From assembly GCF_009834535.1 (NCBI RefSeq), contig NC_045697.1, positions 53,694,001-53,758,000 of the forward strand: DNA of 64,000 nucleotides, written 5' to 3'. Source of the stretch: Camelus ferus (lineage: Eukaryota). Position numbers and translations under genes: made by a program. Below the pieces are notes generated by a model that saw only the letters and a list, made by a program, of their open reading frames with translations, had not been told where the DNA came from and did no database searches. Shown here piece by piece: positions 1 to 11,265 of this stretch (positions within the stretch are counted from its first letter, which is position 1; every line of letters starts with the position of its first letter).

Positions 1-390
1 AGAAAAAAAAAAAGAGTGGGAGTATCTACAGTGAAAAAAACCCAAGGCAATGTAAATGAAATGAAGCTAATAAAACAGATGTGAAAATATAGAGAAAGAA
101 ATGATTTGAAATGCTCAAATAAATAAGAATAGATTTGTATTGACACAATTCTGCTTTCTTACTTGGAAAATCCCTATTTGTAAGGTAATTCCCTCTTAGT
201 TTAGAAGCAGTGGCATTTACAATGATACTGGGATTCATTGTGCGCACAAACAGACATAAGGTCATCTAACCTTTTATTTATTTGCTATCCAAAATCTCTG
301 AGCTGGAGATTAGCTGGCAGAGAGATTACTAGGGTTGCACTCCTGAAAGCAGTCTTTAGCTCATTAGTCATTGTGACTTTGCTATGTACC

Positions 391-432
391 AGTTAATATT
401 AACTACTTATCAGATTCTTTCCTTGATATAAA
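391..432 (+). promoter_or_regulatory. Proximal promoter of the UGT2 pseudogene: HNF1-like palindrome AGTTAATATTAACT (391-404) and TATA box TATAAA (427-432)
   Basis: Motifs seen directly, 57-100 bp upstream of the ATG at 489. The layout matches the promoter of the intact gene at 37585-37626. UGT2B promoters are known to be HNF1-driven. Confidence 0.6.
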
Positions 433-488
433 TGAAAACTATAACTGAAGTTAAGAGAGTTTATGAAGAAGGGTTAGATTTTCCCAAG

Positions 489-1203
489 ATGTCTAAGACA
501 TGGGTTTCTGTTCTTGTGCTGTATTTTTATTTCAGCTGTGCATCCTGAGGAAAGGTGTTGGTGTGGCCAATGGAATACAGTCATTGGATCAATTTAAAGA
601 CAATATTGGATGAACTTGCTCAGAGGGGACATGAAGTCACTGTGCTCGCATCTTCAGCTTCCATACTTGTAGATCCTAATAAATCATCAGCCCTTAAACT
701 TGAGGTTTATCCTACATCCTTTACTAAGAATGAGCTTGATTTGTAGTATATGAAATGGGTCAAGATGTGGACACATGAGTTACCAAAGAGTACATTATGG
801 GCATATGATTCAAAGATGCAAAAAACATTTTATGAATACTCTGATACTGCTCAAAAGCTCTGTGAGGATGCAGTGTTGAACAAAAAACTTATGAAGAAAG
901 TGCAAGAATCCAGATTTGATGTTGTTCTTGGAGATCCCGTTTCTCCTTGTGCTGAGCTGCTATCTGAACTACTTAACCTACCTTGTGTCTACAGTCTTCA
1001 GTCTACCCTTGGCAAAACATACAAAAAACTCTGTGGAGGGCTTATATTGCCTCCTTCCTATGTACCTGTTATCATATCAGAACTTAGTGACAAAATGACA
1101 TTTATGGAAAGGGTGACAAATATGTTGTATCACCTACATTTTAGCTTCTCATTTCAGACCTTCAACAAGAAGAAATGGGATATATTTTGCAGTGAAGTAT
1201 TAG
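489..1203 (+). pseudogene. UGT2 pseudogene exon 1 (signal peptide and aglycone-binding domain)
   Basis: ATG at 489 gives MSKTWVSVLVLYFYFSCAS*GKVLVW. In-frame stops are TGA 546-548 (normally Cys) and TAG 744-746. The exon ends ...SEVL-G|gtaagt, a phase-1 donor at 1204. Confidence 0.95.
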
Positions 1204-1254
1204 GTAAGTCAGTGGTTTATTTATTACATTTTTCCTCCAGTAGATAGGAAGAAA

Positions 1255-4200
1255 TTTTTCTTTTTGTTGAGTTATACTCAGTTTACAATGTTGTGTCAAT
1301 TTCTAGTGTACAGCACAATTTTTCAGATATAAATGAATATACATATATTCGTTTTCATATTCTTTTCACCATCAGCTACTACAAGATCTTGAATATATTT
1401 CTCTGTGCTATACAGTATAAACTTCTTTATCTATTCTATATATACCTTTCAGTATCTATAAATCTCGAACTCACAGTGTGTCACTTACCACCCCCCACCC
1501 CCTTGGCAACCACGAGTTTGTATTCTATGTCTATGAGTTTGTTTCTGTTTTGTTTGTTTTTTTTTTTTTTTTTTGGCTTAAAACAACAGAAATCTATTAT
1601 CTTATAGTTCTGGGGGCCAGAAGTACAAAATCAATGTATTTGCAGGGCTACTCTCCCTGGAAGTGTATAGGGGATAATCCTTCCTGGCTTTCTCCAGCTC
1701 CTGGTACCTCCAGAAGTCCTGGGCTTGTGGCTGCATCACTCCAATCTCTGCCCCTCTCCACACGGCTGCCTTCTGTGTCTCTGGCTCAGGTCTCCCTATG
1801 CTTTCTCTTATAAGGACATCTGTCATTGGATTTAGGGCCCATCCTATGTTTGGTATGATTTCACCTCAAGTCTGTTTTGTATTTATGTTCTTTTTTTATA
1901 GATTCCACATATGAGTAATCTCATATGATATTTTTCTTTCTCTTTTTGACTTACTTCACTTAAAATGACATTCTCCAGGAACATCCATCTTGCTGGAAAT
2001 GGTGTTATGTTGTTGGTTTTTATGGCTGAATAGTGTTCCATTGTATAAATATACCACATCTTCTTTATCCAATTATCTGTTGATAGGCATTTAGGCTATT
2101 TCCATGTCTTGCCTATTGTAAATAATGCTGCTATTAACATTGGGGTGCAGGTGTCTTTTTGAAGTAGGGTTCCTACTGGATATATGCCCAGGAGTGGGAT
2201 GACTGGGTCATATGGTAAATCTATTCCTAGTCTTTTGAGGAATTTACATACTATTTTCCACAGTGGCTGCACCAAACTGCATCCCCACCAGCAGTGTAGG
2301 AAGGTTCCCTTTTCTCCACAGCCTCTCCAGCATTTGTCATTTGTGGATTTTTGAATGGCGGCCATTCTGACTGGTGTGAGGTGATACCTCATCATAATTT
2401 TGATTTGCATTCCTCTGATAATTAGTGATACTGAGTATTTTTTCATGTGCCTATTGATCATATGTATTTCTTCCTTGGAGAATTGCTTGTTGAGGTCTTC
2501 TGCCCATTTTTGGATTGTGTTGTTTTTTTTTTTTCTTATTATGTCATATAAGCTGCTTATATATTCTGGAGATCAAGCCTTTGTGGGTTTCATCATTTAC
2601 AAAAATTTTCTCCCATTCCATAGGTGGTCATTTTGTTTTGCTTATGGTTCCCTTTGCGGTGCAGAAGCTTGTAAGTTTAATTAGGTCCCATTATTGCTTT
2701 TATTTCTATTGCTTTTGTAGACTGTCCTAGGAGAAAATCTTTGAGATGTATGTCAGATAATGTTTTGCCTATATTTTCTTCTAAAAAAGGTTTATTTTAT
2801 CTTGTCTTATGTTTAATTCTTTGATCCATTTTGAGTTTATTTTTGTATATGGTGTAAGGGAGTGTTCTAGCTTCACTGATTTACATGATGCTGTCCAGTT
2901 TTCCCAACACCATTTGCTAAAGAGACTGTCTTTATTCCATAGCATATTCGTGCCTCCTTTGTCGAAGATTAGTTGACCAAAAGTTTGTAGGTTCATTTCT
3001 GGGCTCTCTATTCTGTTCCATTGGTCCATATGTCTGTTTTTGTACCAATACCATGCTGTCTTGGTGACTGTAGCTCTATAGTATTGTCTGAAGTCTTGGA
3101 GAGTGATTCCTCCAGCCTCTTTCTTTTTCTTCAGTAATGCTTTGGCAATTCTAGGTCTTCTGTCATTCCATATAAATTTTATTATGATTTGTTCTAGCTC
3201 TGTGAAATATGTCCTGGGTAAATTGGGACAGATTGCATTAAATCTGTAGATTGCATTGGGCAATGTGACCATTTTAACAATATTGATTCTTGCAATTCAG
3301 GAGCATGGGATATCTTTCCTTTTTTCTTTAAGTCTTCCTTAATTACCTTAATCAGTGTTTTATAGTTTTCCACTTATAAGTCTTTCACCTCCTCGGTTAG
3401 ATTTACTCCTAGGTATTTTATTACTTTGGGTGATATTTTTAAGGGGATTGTTTCTTTACTTTCTTTTTCTGTTGATTCATCATTAGTGTAAACAAATGCA
3501 ACTGATTTCTGAAAGTTAATCTTGTAACCTGCTACCTTGCTGAATTCTTCGATCAGCTCTACTAGTTTTTGTGTGGACCTTTTAGGGTTTTCTATACATA
3601 GTATCATGTCATCGGCATTTAATGACACTTTTACCACTTCTTTTCCAATTTGGATCCCTTTTATTTCTCTCTCTTGCCTGATCGCTCTGGCTAGGACTTC
3701 CAAGACTATGTTGTATAGGAGTGGTGATAGTGGGCAGCCTTGTCTTGTCCCAGATTTTAGTGGGAAGCTTTTGAGCTTTTCACCATTGAGTACTAGGCTG
3801 GATGTAGGTTTGTCATATATAGGTTTATTATGTTGAGATATGTTCCCTCTATACCCACTTTGGTGAGAGATTTTATCATAAATGGGTTTGAATTTTATCA
3901 AATGCTTTTTCTGCATCTGTTGAGATGATCATGTGGTTTTTGTCCTTTCTCTTGTTGATGTGATGTATTACATTGATGGATTTGCATATATTGAACCACC
4001 CTGTGTCCTTGGGATGAACCCCACTTGGTCATGATGTATAATCTATTTCATGTGCTGTTGGAGTCTATTTGCTAATATTTTGGTGAGGATTTTTGTATCT
4101 ATGTTCATCAGTGATATTGGCCTATAATTCTCTTTTTTGGTGGTGTCTTTGCCTGGTTTGGTGTCAGGGTGATGGTGGCTTCATAGAATGAGTTTGGGAG

Positions 4201-7200
4201 TATTCCCTCCTTTTCAATCTTTTGAAAGAGTTTGAGAAGGACTGGTATGAATTCTTCCTTGTATGTTTGGTAGAATTCCCTGGTGAAGCTGTCCAGTCCT
4301 GGACTTTTATTTGTAGGGAGGATTTTTATTGCTAATTCAATTTCATATCTAGTGATCAGTTTGTTCAAGTGGTCAGTTTCTTCTTGGTTCAGTCTTGGTG
4401 GGCTGTGTGTTCCCAGAAACTTATCCATCTCCTCTAGGTTATCCAGTTCGGTTCCATATAGTTTTTCATAATATTCTTGTATGATATCCTGTATTTCTAT
4501 GTTATTTGTTGTAATTTCTCCATTTTCATTTCTTATTTTGCTGATTTGTGCTCCCTCTTTTTTCTTCTTTGTGAGTTTGGCCAGAGGTATGTCCATTTTA
4601 TTTACTTTTTTGAAAACCAGCTTTTGGTTTGATTGATTTTTTATTGTTTTTTTAAACTCCATTTTATTTACTTCCTCCCTGATCTTTATTATTTCATTCC
4701 TTCTGCTGCCTTTTGGACTTTTTTGCCCCTTTGTCTAATTCTTTTAGCTGGTGGGTTAGATTATTTGAGATTGTTCTTCTTTTTTGAGGAAAGCCTGTAT
4801 CGTTCCTTATAAACTTCCCTCTTAGCACTGCCTTTGCTGCATACCATAAATTTTGTGTGGTTGTGTTTTCATTTTCATTTGTCTCAAGGTATTTTTTTAA
4901 TTTTAACTTTGATTTCATCATTGACCTATTAGGTTTTTAATACCGTCTTATTTAATCTCCATGCTTTCCTTTTTTTCTCCTTTGTTTCTCTGTAGTTGAT
5001 TTCTAGTTTCATGGCATTGTGATCAGTAAAGGTGCTAGAGATAATTTCTATCTTCTTAAAGTTGATGAGGCTTCTTTTGTGCCCAAGTACATGATCAATC
5101 CTAGAAAATGTTCCATGTGCTCTTGAAAAGAATGTATATCCTATTTTTGAGGGGTGTAATGCTCTGAAAATATCCACCAAATCTAATTTTTCTATTGTAT
5201 TCTTTAATTGCTCTGTTGCCTTATTTACTTTCTGTCTGGAAGATCTGTCTAGTGATGTTATTGTGGTGTTAAACTCTCCGACTACGATTGTATTCCCATC
5301 ACTTTCCCCCTTTATCTCTGTTAGTAATTGTTTTATGTACTTAGGTGCTCCTATATTGGGTGCATGTATATTAACGAGTGGAATATCCTCATCTTGTATT
5401 ACTCTTTTAATCATTATAAAATGTCCTTCTTTATCTTTCTTTATGGCCTTTGTTTTAAAGTCTATTTTGTCTGCTACATGTGCCTTTTTGGCTTTTCCAT
5501 TTGCATGGAATATCCTTTTCCATCCTTTCACTCTCAATCTATATGTGTCCTTCTCCCTAAAGTGGGTCTCTTGTATGCAGCATATTCAAAGTTCTTGCTT
5601 TATTATCCAGTCTGCTACTCAATGTCTTCTGATTGGAGCACTTAGTCCATTAACATTTACAGTAATTATTGATAGATGTGTGTTTATTGCCATTTTGAAC
5701 TTATTTTTGCAGTTGATTTGGTATTTCCTCTTTGTTTCTTTCTTCTTTCTTTTGTAGTTTGGTAATTTTCCTTTGTATTATCATGGATTTTATTTAGTTT
5801 TTGTGACTCACCTGTAACTTTCTGGCTTGTGGTCACCCTTTTTGTAAGTCTATTAACCCATTACTATAACTGTTTGTATTAAACAGTAATACGAGCTCAA
5901 ACCCATCCTACAGAGAACAAAAAATTTTAAAAATGAAAAAAAATACTCTATATTTTCTTGCTTCCCTCTTCCACTGTTAAAGATTTAGATGTCTTCTTTT
6001 ATAATTTCATGTTTACTTTATTTGTAATTCATGAGTTATCACCTTTCCAGTTGTGTGTTTCTCATTTCTGTAGCATCCTGCTGCTTTTCTATTTAGAATA
6101 GCCCTTTCAATATTTCTTTTAGCATGGGTTTAGTGTTGCTAAACTCCTGCAGCTTTTTTTTTGTCTGTGAAACTCTTTATTTCTCCTTCTATCCTAAAGG
6201 ATAGCCTTGCTGGGTAAAGTATCCTAGGCTGCATCTTTTTTTCATTCAGGACTTTGAATATATCTTGCCACTCCCTTCTGGCCTGTAGTGTTTGTGTAGA
6301 GAAATCAGCTGAGAGCCTTATGGGAGTTCCCTTGTAACTCACTCTTTGTTTTTCTCTTGCTGCCTTTAGAATCATTTCTTTATCCTTGACTCTGGCCATC
6401 TTGATTATGATAAGTCTTGCTGTGGGTCTGTTTGTGTTCTTTCTGTTTGGGACCCTCTGAGCTTCCTGCACTTGAATATCTGATTCTTCTTTATGGTTGG
6501 GACGTTTTCAGTCATGATTTCTTCAAATACCTTTTCAATTCCCTTTGGTCTTTCTTCCCCTTCTGGAACCCCTATTATGCATAGATTGGCATGCTTCATA
6601 TTATTCCATAGGTCCCTTATATTGTTTTCATTTGTACTTATTTGTTTTTCTCTCAGCTATTCTGATTGGGTGCTTTCTGTTGCCCTGTCTTCTAGGTCAC
6701 TTATTCATTCCTCTGCATTATCTAGCCTGCTTTGTACAGCCTTTAGATCTGTTCTCATCTCAGCCAATGCATTTACCAATTCTACTTGGCTCTTCTTTAT
6801 AGCTTCAGTTTCATTTTTGACATATTCTATACCTTTAAACACTCTCTTTTAGTTCCTTCAGTACTTTGATCAGTCCTTTTTTGAAATCTTCATCTAGTAG
6901 GCCATCAACGTCTATTCCACTGATTGTTCTTTCAGGGGATTTCTCTTGTCCTTTTAATTGGAAGTGGTTCCTCTACTTCTTCATATTGCTCATATCTCTC
7001 TGGCACTGTGGCTTATGGAGTATCAGTTATCTATTGTGGTCCTTAAGGAGTTAATTTATTTATCTAAAGCCTATGCAGAAATAAAGCTTAAAAGAGAGAG
7101 AGAGAGAGAGAACTTTAAAAGAAGGGAGAAAAAAATGTTTGAAAACAGTAAAATCAATAATAGAAGAGCAACTTGAAGCAGAATGGCATTCGAGTTGAGA

Positions 7201-8599
7201 TGTCTTTTAAAAACCTTAAAAAAGGAGAAAGAAAATCAAAATGCAATATTTGAGACCTGTGTATAATCAATTACAGAAGGTCAATACCAAGAGAAATAAA
7301 AATGAAATGAGGTGGATTTTTAAAAATAATAATAATTAACAGATTTGAAAAGAAAAATTTAAAAAGGATTAGAACTGTAGATATATACAATTGTTTAAAA
7401 AGTAAAGATTAAAAAGGTAATAAAAAATAGAAGAGATGAAAAAAAAGATTTAAAAAAAAAAGGGATTCGTTCTCCTGGAGACTGTGTACTCTTAATGATT
7501 TTATCAAGAGGTCTTTCTGTCTTCGCCTTTTTCGCGAACTCAGCTTGCAGTTTCCAGAGGCCCTTCATTGGCGCCCTCATCTGTGCTGCTCCCAGTGCCT
7601 GTCAGCAAACAGATCATGCCCCCTCCCAACAGTGGGTCAGGTGCTTTACTCCTTCAGGGTGGGCGGGCTGGTCACTCCTCCTCCTGATGCTGCAGTCAGA
7701 TGCTGAGCTTGGGCGAGGTAGGCGGGCGGATCGTGCCCCCTCCCAGCACCATGGTCAGGTGCTGCATTCCTGCCAGGAAGGGGGGTGGCCACCTGTGCAC
7801 TCCTGGCACAGGTCGCTCCCCTGCTCTATTCAGCTGCCCACTCTGCCTTGGGTCAGCACTCTGTAGGTGGGCTCAGGGAAGAAAGCAGAAGTGCCCCACC
7901 CCTGTTCCATGCCAAAACTCAGCTCCTTGTTTGTCTTGGTGGAGCAAGTTCTCTGAGGTGCCAGGGCAGAAAGATCCTATCTTCCTCGGGCTGTAAACAA
8001 GGCTCAGTCCTACCTAGGAGGTTGCAGAGCCCCCAGGTGCGGATTCAGGGCTAGGCCCCACTCCAGCCCAGGCGCTGCACACAGGAGGATATGGCAGCTG
8101 TGGCTGCGCCCTGCCTCTCTTCTCCCCAGTCTCTCTTTTCCCAGGAAGTGCCAGTAATGGTGTTGCGGGTCTGAGAAGACAAAGGCTATGGCACCCCTCC
8201 CTCCAGGGCACACCAGCAGTGTTGCTTTGCTCTTTTTTTTTTTCGTAATTTTTGGGGGCCCAGGTTGTTCTGCTCCATATGCCCTACCAGCCATGGTGCG
8301 CAGCACCCTGCAGTCCCCCGGGGCTGCCTCAGTACAGCCGCCCCAGTCCTCCGCCTGGCTCGGGCAGCCTGTCCCGGCCCCAGCTGCTGGCTCGCTTCTC
8401 AGGCTGGGTGTTGCGGGGACCCTCTGTGCCCGTTTAACTTAGTTCTGTCGGACAAGGGGTGCTCTGTACAGATCTGAGCCTCGGAGGCTCCCTGCCACCG
8501 TCCCACTGGCCTCTCCGTTGGAGAGGGGAGACCCAGCGGACGAGCACTAGTCCTCCTTTGCCACTCCCTCCCCGCAGGACCTGTCCTGCACTGTTTTGC

Positions 8600-8631
<32 letters not shown>

Positions 8632-8804
8632 TTTTCCTTTTATCCTACCAGATTCGTGGCGTCTTTGTCTTTTGAAGAGGGCGATGTTCTGTTGGAGTTC
8701 AGCAGGTGCTCTGGTTGGCTGGGTGGGTCCGTTGATATGAGTTTTGGTGTATTTGTGGGACAGGGTGAGTTATGAGCATCCTTCTACTCTGCCATCTTGG
8801 CCCC
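1255..8804 (-). mobile_element. Full-length LINE-1 (L1-A), disrupted ORF1 and ORF2, no visible TSD
   Basis: The 5' end GGGGCCAAGATGGCAGAGTAG is at about 8804, followed by a GC-rich 5'UTR. ORF1 spans about 6993-6093 and the ORF2 ATG is at 5693. EN, RT and C-terminal fragments appear in the ORF track. 3'UTR and tail lie at about 1255-1900. Confidence 0.95.
1554..1870 (-). mobile_element. Polyadenylated MLT1 (MaLR LTR) fragment inserted in the L1-A 3'UTR, 10-bp TSD
   Basis: MLT1-type sequence (GGCTTAAAACAACAGAAAT...GCATCACTCCAATCTCTGCC...TTATAAGGACA...TTAGGGCCC). Poly-T at 1554-1574. Direct repeat TCTGTTTTGT at 1544-1553 and 1871-1880. Confidence 0.8.
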
Positions 8805-8811
8805 TTCTCTC

Positions 8812-9004
8812 AGCATTGTTAATTGGAAGAAAAATGCAGAACAAAACTACAATGAGATATCACCTCACACCAGCTAGAATGGCCATCATTAAGAAGTCTA
8901 CAAGCAATAGATGCTGGAGAGGATGTGGAGATAAGGGAATCCTCCTACACTGTTGGTGTGAGTGTAGATTGTGCAGCCACTATGTAGGACAGTATCGAAG
9001 TTCC
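8812..9004 (+). mobile_element. Older L1 ORF2 C-terminal fragment
   Basis: Translates as [29 protein letters not shown]...LLHCWCEC (the CCHC region). Confidence 0.85.
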
Positions 9005-9175
9005 TTCTTGTTTTTTGTTTTTTTTTTAATTGTTATTATTTTTTACTTTTTTTTTTTTTTGGAGGGGGGCGGTAATTAGGTTTGTTTGTTTGTTTTTAAT
9101 GGAGGTACTGGGGATTAAACCTAGGACCTCATGCATGCTAAACACACCCTCTACCACTGAGCTATACCCTCCCCC
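9005..9175 (-). mobile_element. tRNA-derived SINE (camelid vic-1-like)
   Basis: Reverse complement reads GGGGAGGGTATAGCTCAGTGGTAGAG...GAGGTCCTAGGTTTAATCCCCAGTACCTCC (pol III A and B boxes), followed by an A-rich tail. Confidence 0.85.
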
Positions 9176-11265
9176 TGCCACAAACTTTGTGAACGCACTT
9201 CAGCATTTTTTTCTCCCTTCGGCATCTGTTCTGATCTTATTTGAGATCAAAGAAGTTCATAGCACAAAACAGAACAGAAATCACTGTATTGTGATAATAC
9301 ATGGATACAAGGCTCTCTCAGAAGTTAGTTGCAGTGGCGCATTATAAATCATCCAGTAATACATAAATTAGATAAGATACAGTTCTATTTCAGTCATTTA
9401 AGTTGCCTGATCTCACTAGCTAGGCTTGAAAACAAATATAGTAAAGTCAATATTAGAGAGGAAGTGCCTGGTTGGTATTAACCTACAAGTAGATCAAATA
9501 GATGTTAATTAAGATTTTTTATAATTTAAATTATGAACTCGAGTTAGTTCATAGTGTGATCAGATGTTTTAATCAATAAATTACAGAGAGACGGAGAAGA
9601 TGGCAGAGTAGAAGGACACTCGCACGTCACCCTCTCCCACAAATACACCAAGACCCACATCTACAGACCCACTCAGCCAACCAGAGCACCTGTGGAACTC
9701 CGACAGAACATCGCCTTCTTCAAAAGATAAAGACGCCAAAAATCTGGTAGGAGAAAAGGAAAAAAGAAAGAACAAAAGGCAAAGCAGCACGGGACGGGTC
9801 CCGCGGGGAGGGAGCGGCAAAGGAGGACTGGCGCTCGCTCGCTGGGTCTCCCCTCTCCAACTGAGAGGCCAGCGGGACGGAGGGGGAGCCTCCGAGGCTC
9901 GGATCTGTACAGAGCAGCCCTTGACTAACAGAACTAAGTTAAACGGGCACACAGCGTCCCCCCGACACCCAGCCTGAGACGCGGGCCGGCAGCGGCGGGC
10001 AGGGCCAGGCTGCACAAGCCGGGCGGAGGACGGGGACGGCTGCAAGGAGGCAGCCCCGGGGGAACGCAAGGGGCTGCGCGCCGTGGCTGTGGGTGCACAG
10101 GGCAGAACAACCTGGGCCCTCCATAAAACAGCAAGGTTGATGTGCTCTCGGGGGAAGGGTGCACACCCCCATCTCTGAAAACCCACGGAAAGTTTTTGGG
10201 GGAAGAGAGTCAGGGCTCAGGCACAGCCGCCATATCCTCCAGCACTTAGCACCCAGGCAGAGGCAGGGGCGAAACCTGCATCCGCACCGAAGCGCTTAGC
10301 AGCCTCAAAGGCCAGACAGACTGGCCTGCAGCCTGGGGCAGATAGGATCCTCCATCCTGGTCCCTCAGAGAACTTGCTCCACAAAGACAAACAAGGAGCT
10401 GGGTTCTGGCTCGGAGCAGGGCCAAGGCTGTCCCTGGGTCTTCCCCCGAGCCCACATGCGGAGCGCCGACCAGGGCAGAGCGCGCAGCCGCACAGAGCAG
10501 CGGAGCTACCGGCGGCGCAGGTAGAGTGAGAGCGGCCCCCCGCCTTTTGGGCAGGAACACAGCCCCTGACCGAGGTGCTGGGAGGGGGCACGACCCGCCC
10601 CCCTACCCGGCCAGTCTGCAACATCTGACTGCGGCATCCGGAGGGGCAGCGACCCGCCCGCCCACAGCAGAGGAGAGCTGCACCTGACCCAGTGTTAGGA
10701 TGAGGCGAGATCTGCTTGCCGACAGGTGCTGGGAGCAGCACAGAAGAGGGCGCCAACGGAGGGCCTCTGAAAACAGTAAGCTGAGCTTCCAAAACAGGAG
10801 ACAAGACAGAAAGACTTCACATTAAAAGCACACAGACTCCAGGAGCACACCGTGACAAACCACCCCCCCCCCTTTTTTTTTAAATCTGTTTTTACCTGTT
10901 CTATTTTCTATTACTCTCTTAATTTTTACTTCTTAATTCATTTCTATTTCTCTTGGGTTTTGATGTCCTGTTATTGATTAGACACAGGTTTCAAATACAT
11001 CGATTCATCTCCCCCCCCCTTTTTTTTGTTAAGGTTTTAAAAGGACGTCTCAACCCGATTAATACTCTGCTTCAACTCGCTCTTCTATTATTCATTATAC
11101 ACTGTTTTCAAACCCTCTTTCTCCCTTCTTTTAAAATTCTTTCTCTCTCTTATTTATTTTTTCTTTTTTTCCTAAGTTCTATTCCTAAATAGGCATTAGA
11201 TAGATAAAATCCTTAAGGACCAAAATAAACAACTGATACTCCATAAACCACAGTGCCAGAGAGGT

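Noticed and set aside
546..548. In-frame TGA at a Cys position as possible selenocysteine or readthrough
   Set aside because: A second stop (TAG), a missing exon and several frameshifts show ordinary pseudogene decay.
750..1247. 165-aa ORF as a standalone short UGT protein
   Set aside because: It is the remainder of broken exon 1 running into the intron, and lacks the signal peptide and catalytic His.
2400..7176. Many + strand ORFs of 60-164 aa rich in Ser, Phe and Ile (also 11367-16647 on - and 41170-46469 on +)
   Set aside because: They are antisense shadows of L1 ORF1, ORF2 and UTR sequence and recur only because the L1s are homologous.
9100..9175. tRNA-like sequence as a tRNA gene (also 28275, 31312, 61328)
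   Set aside because: A-rich tails, TSDs and degenerate stems identify these as SINE heads.
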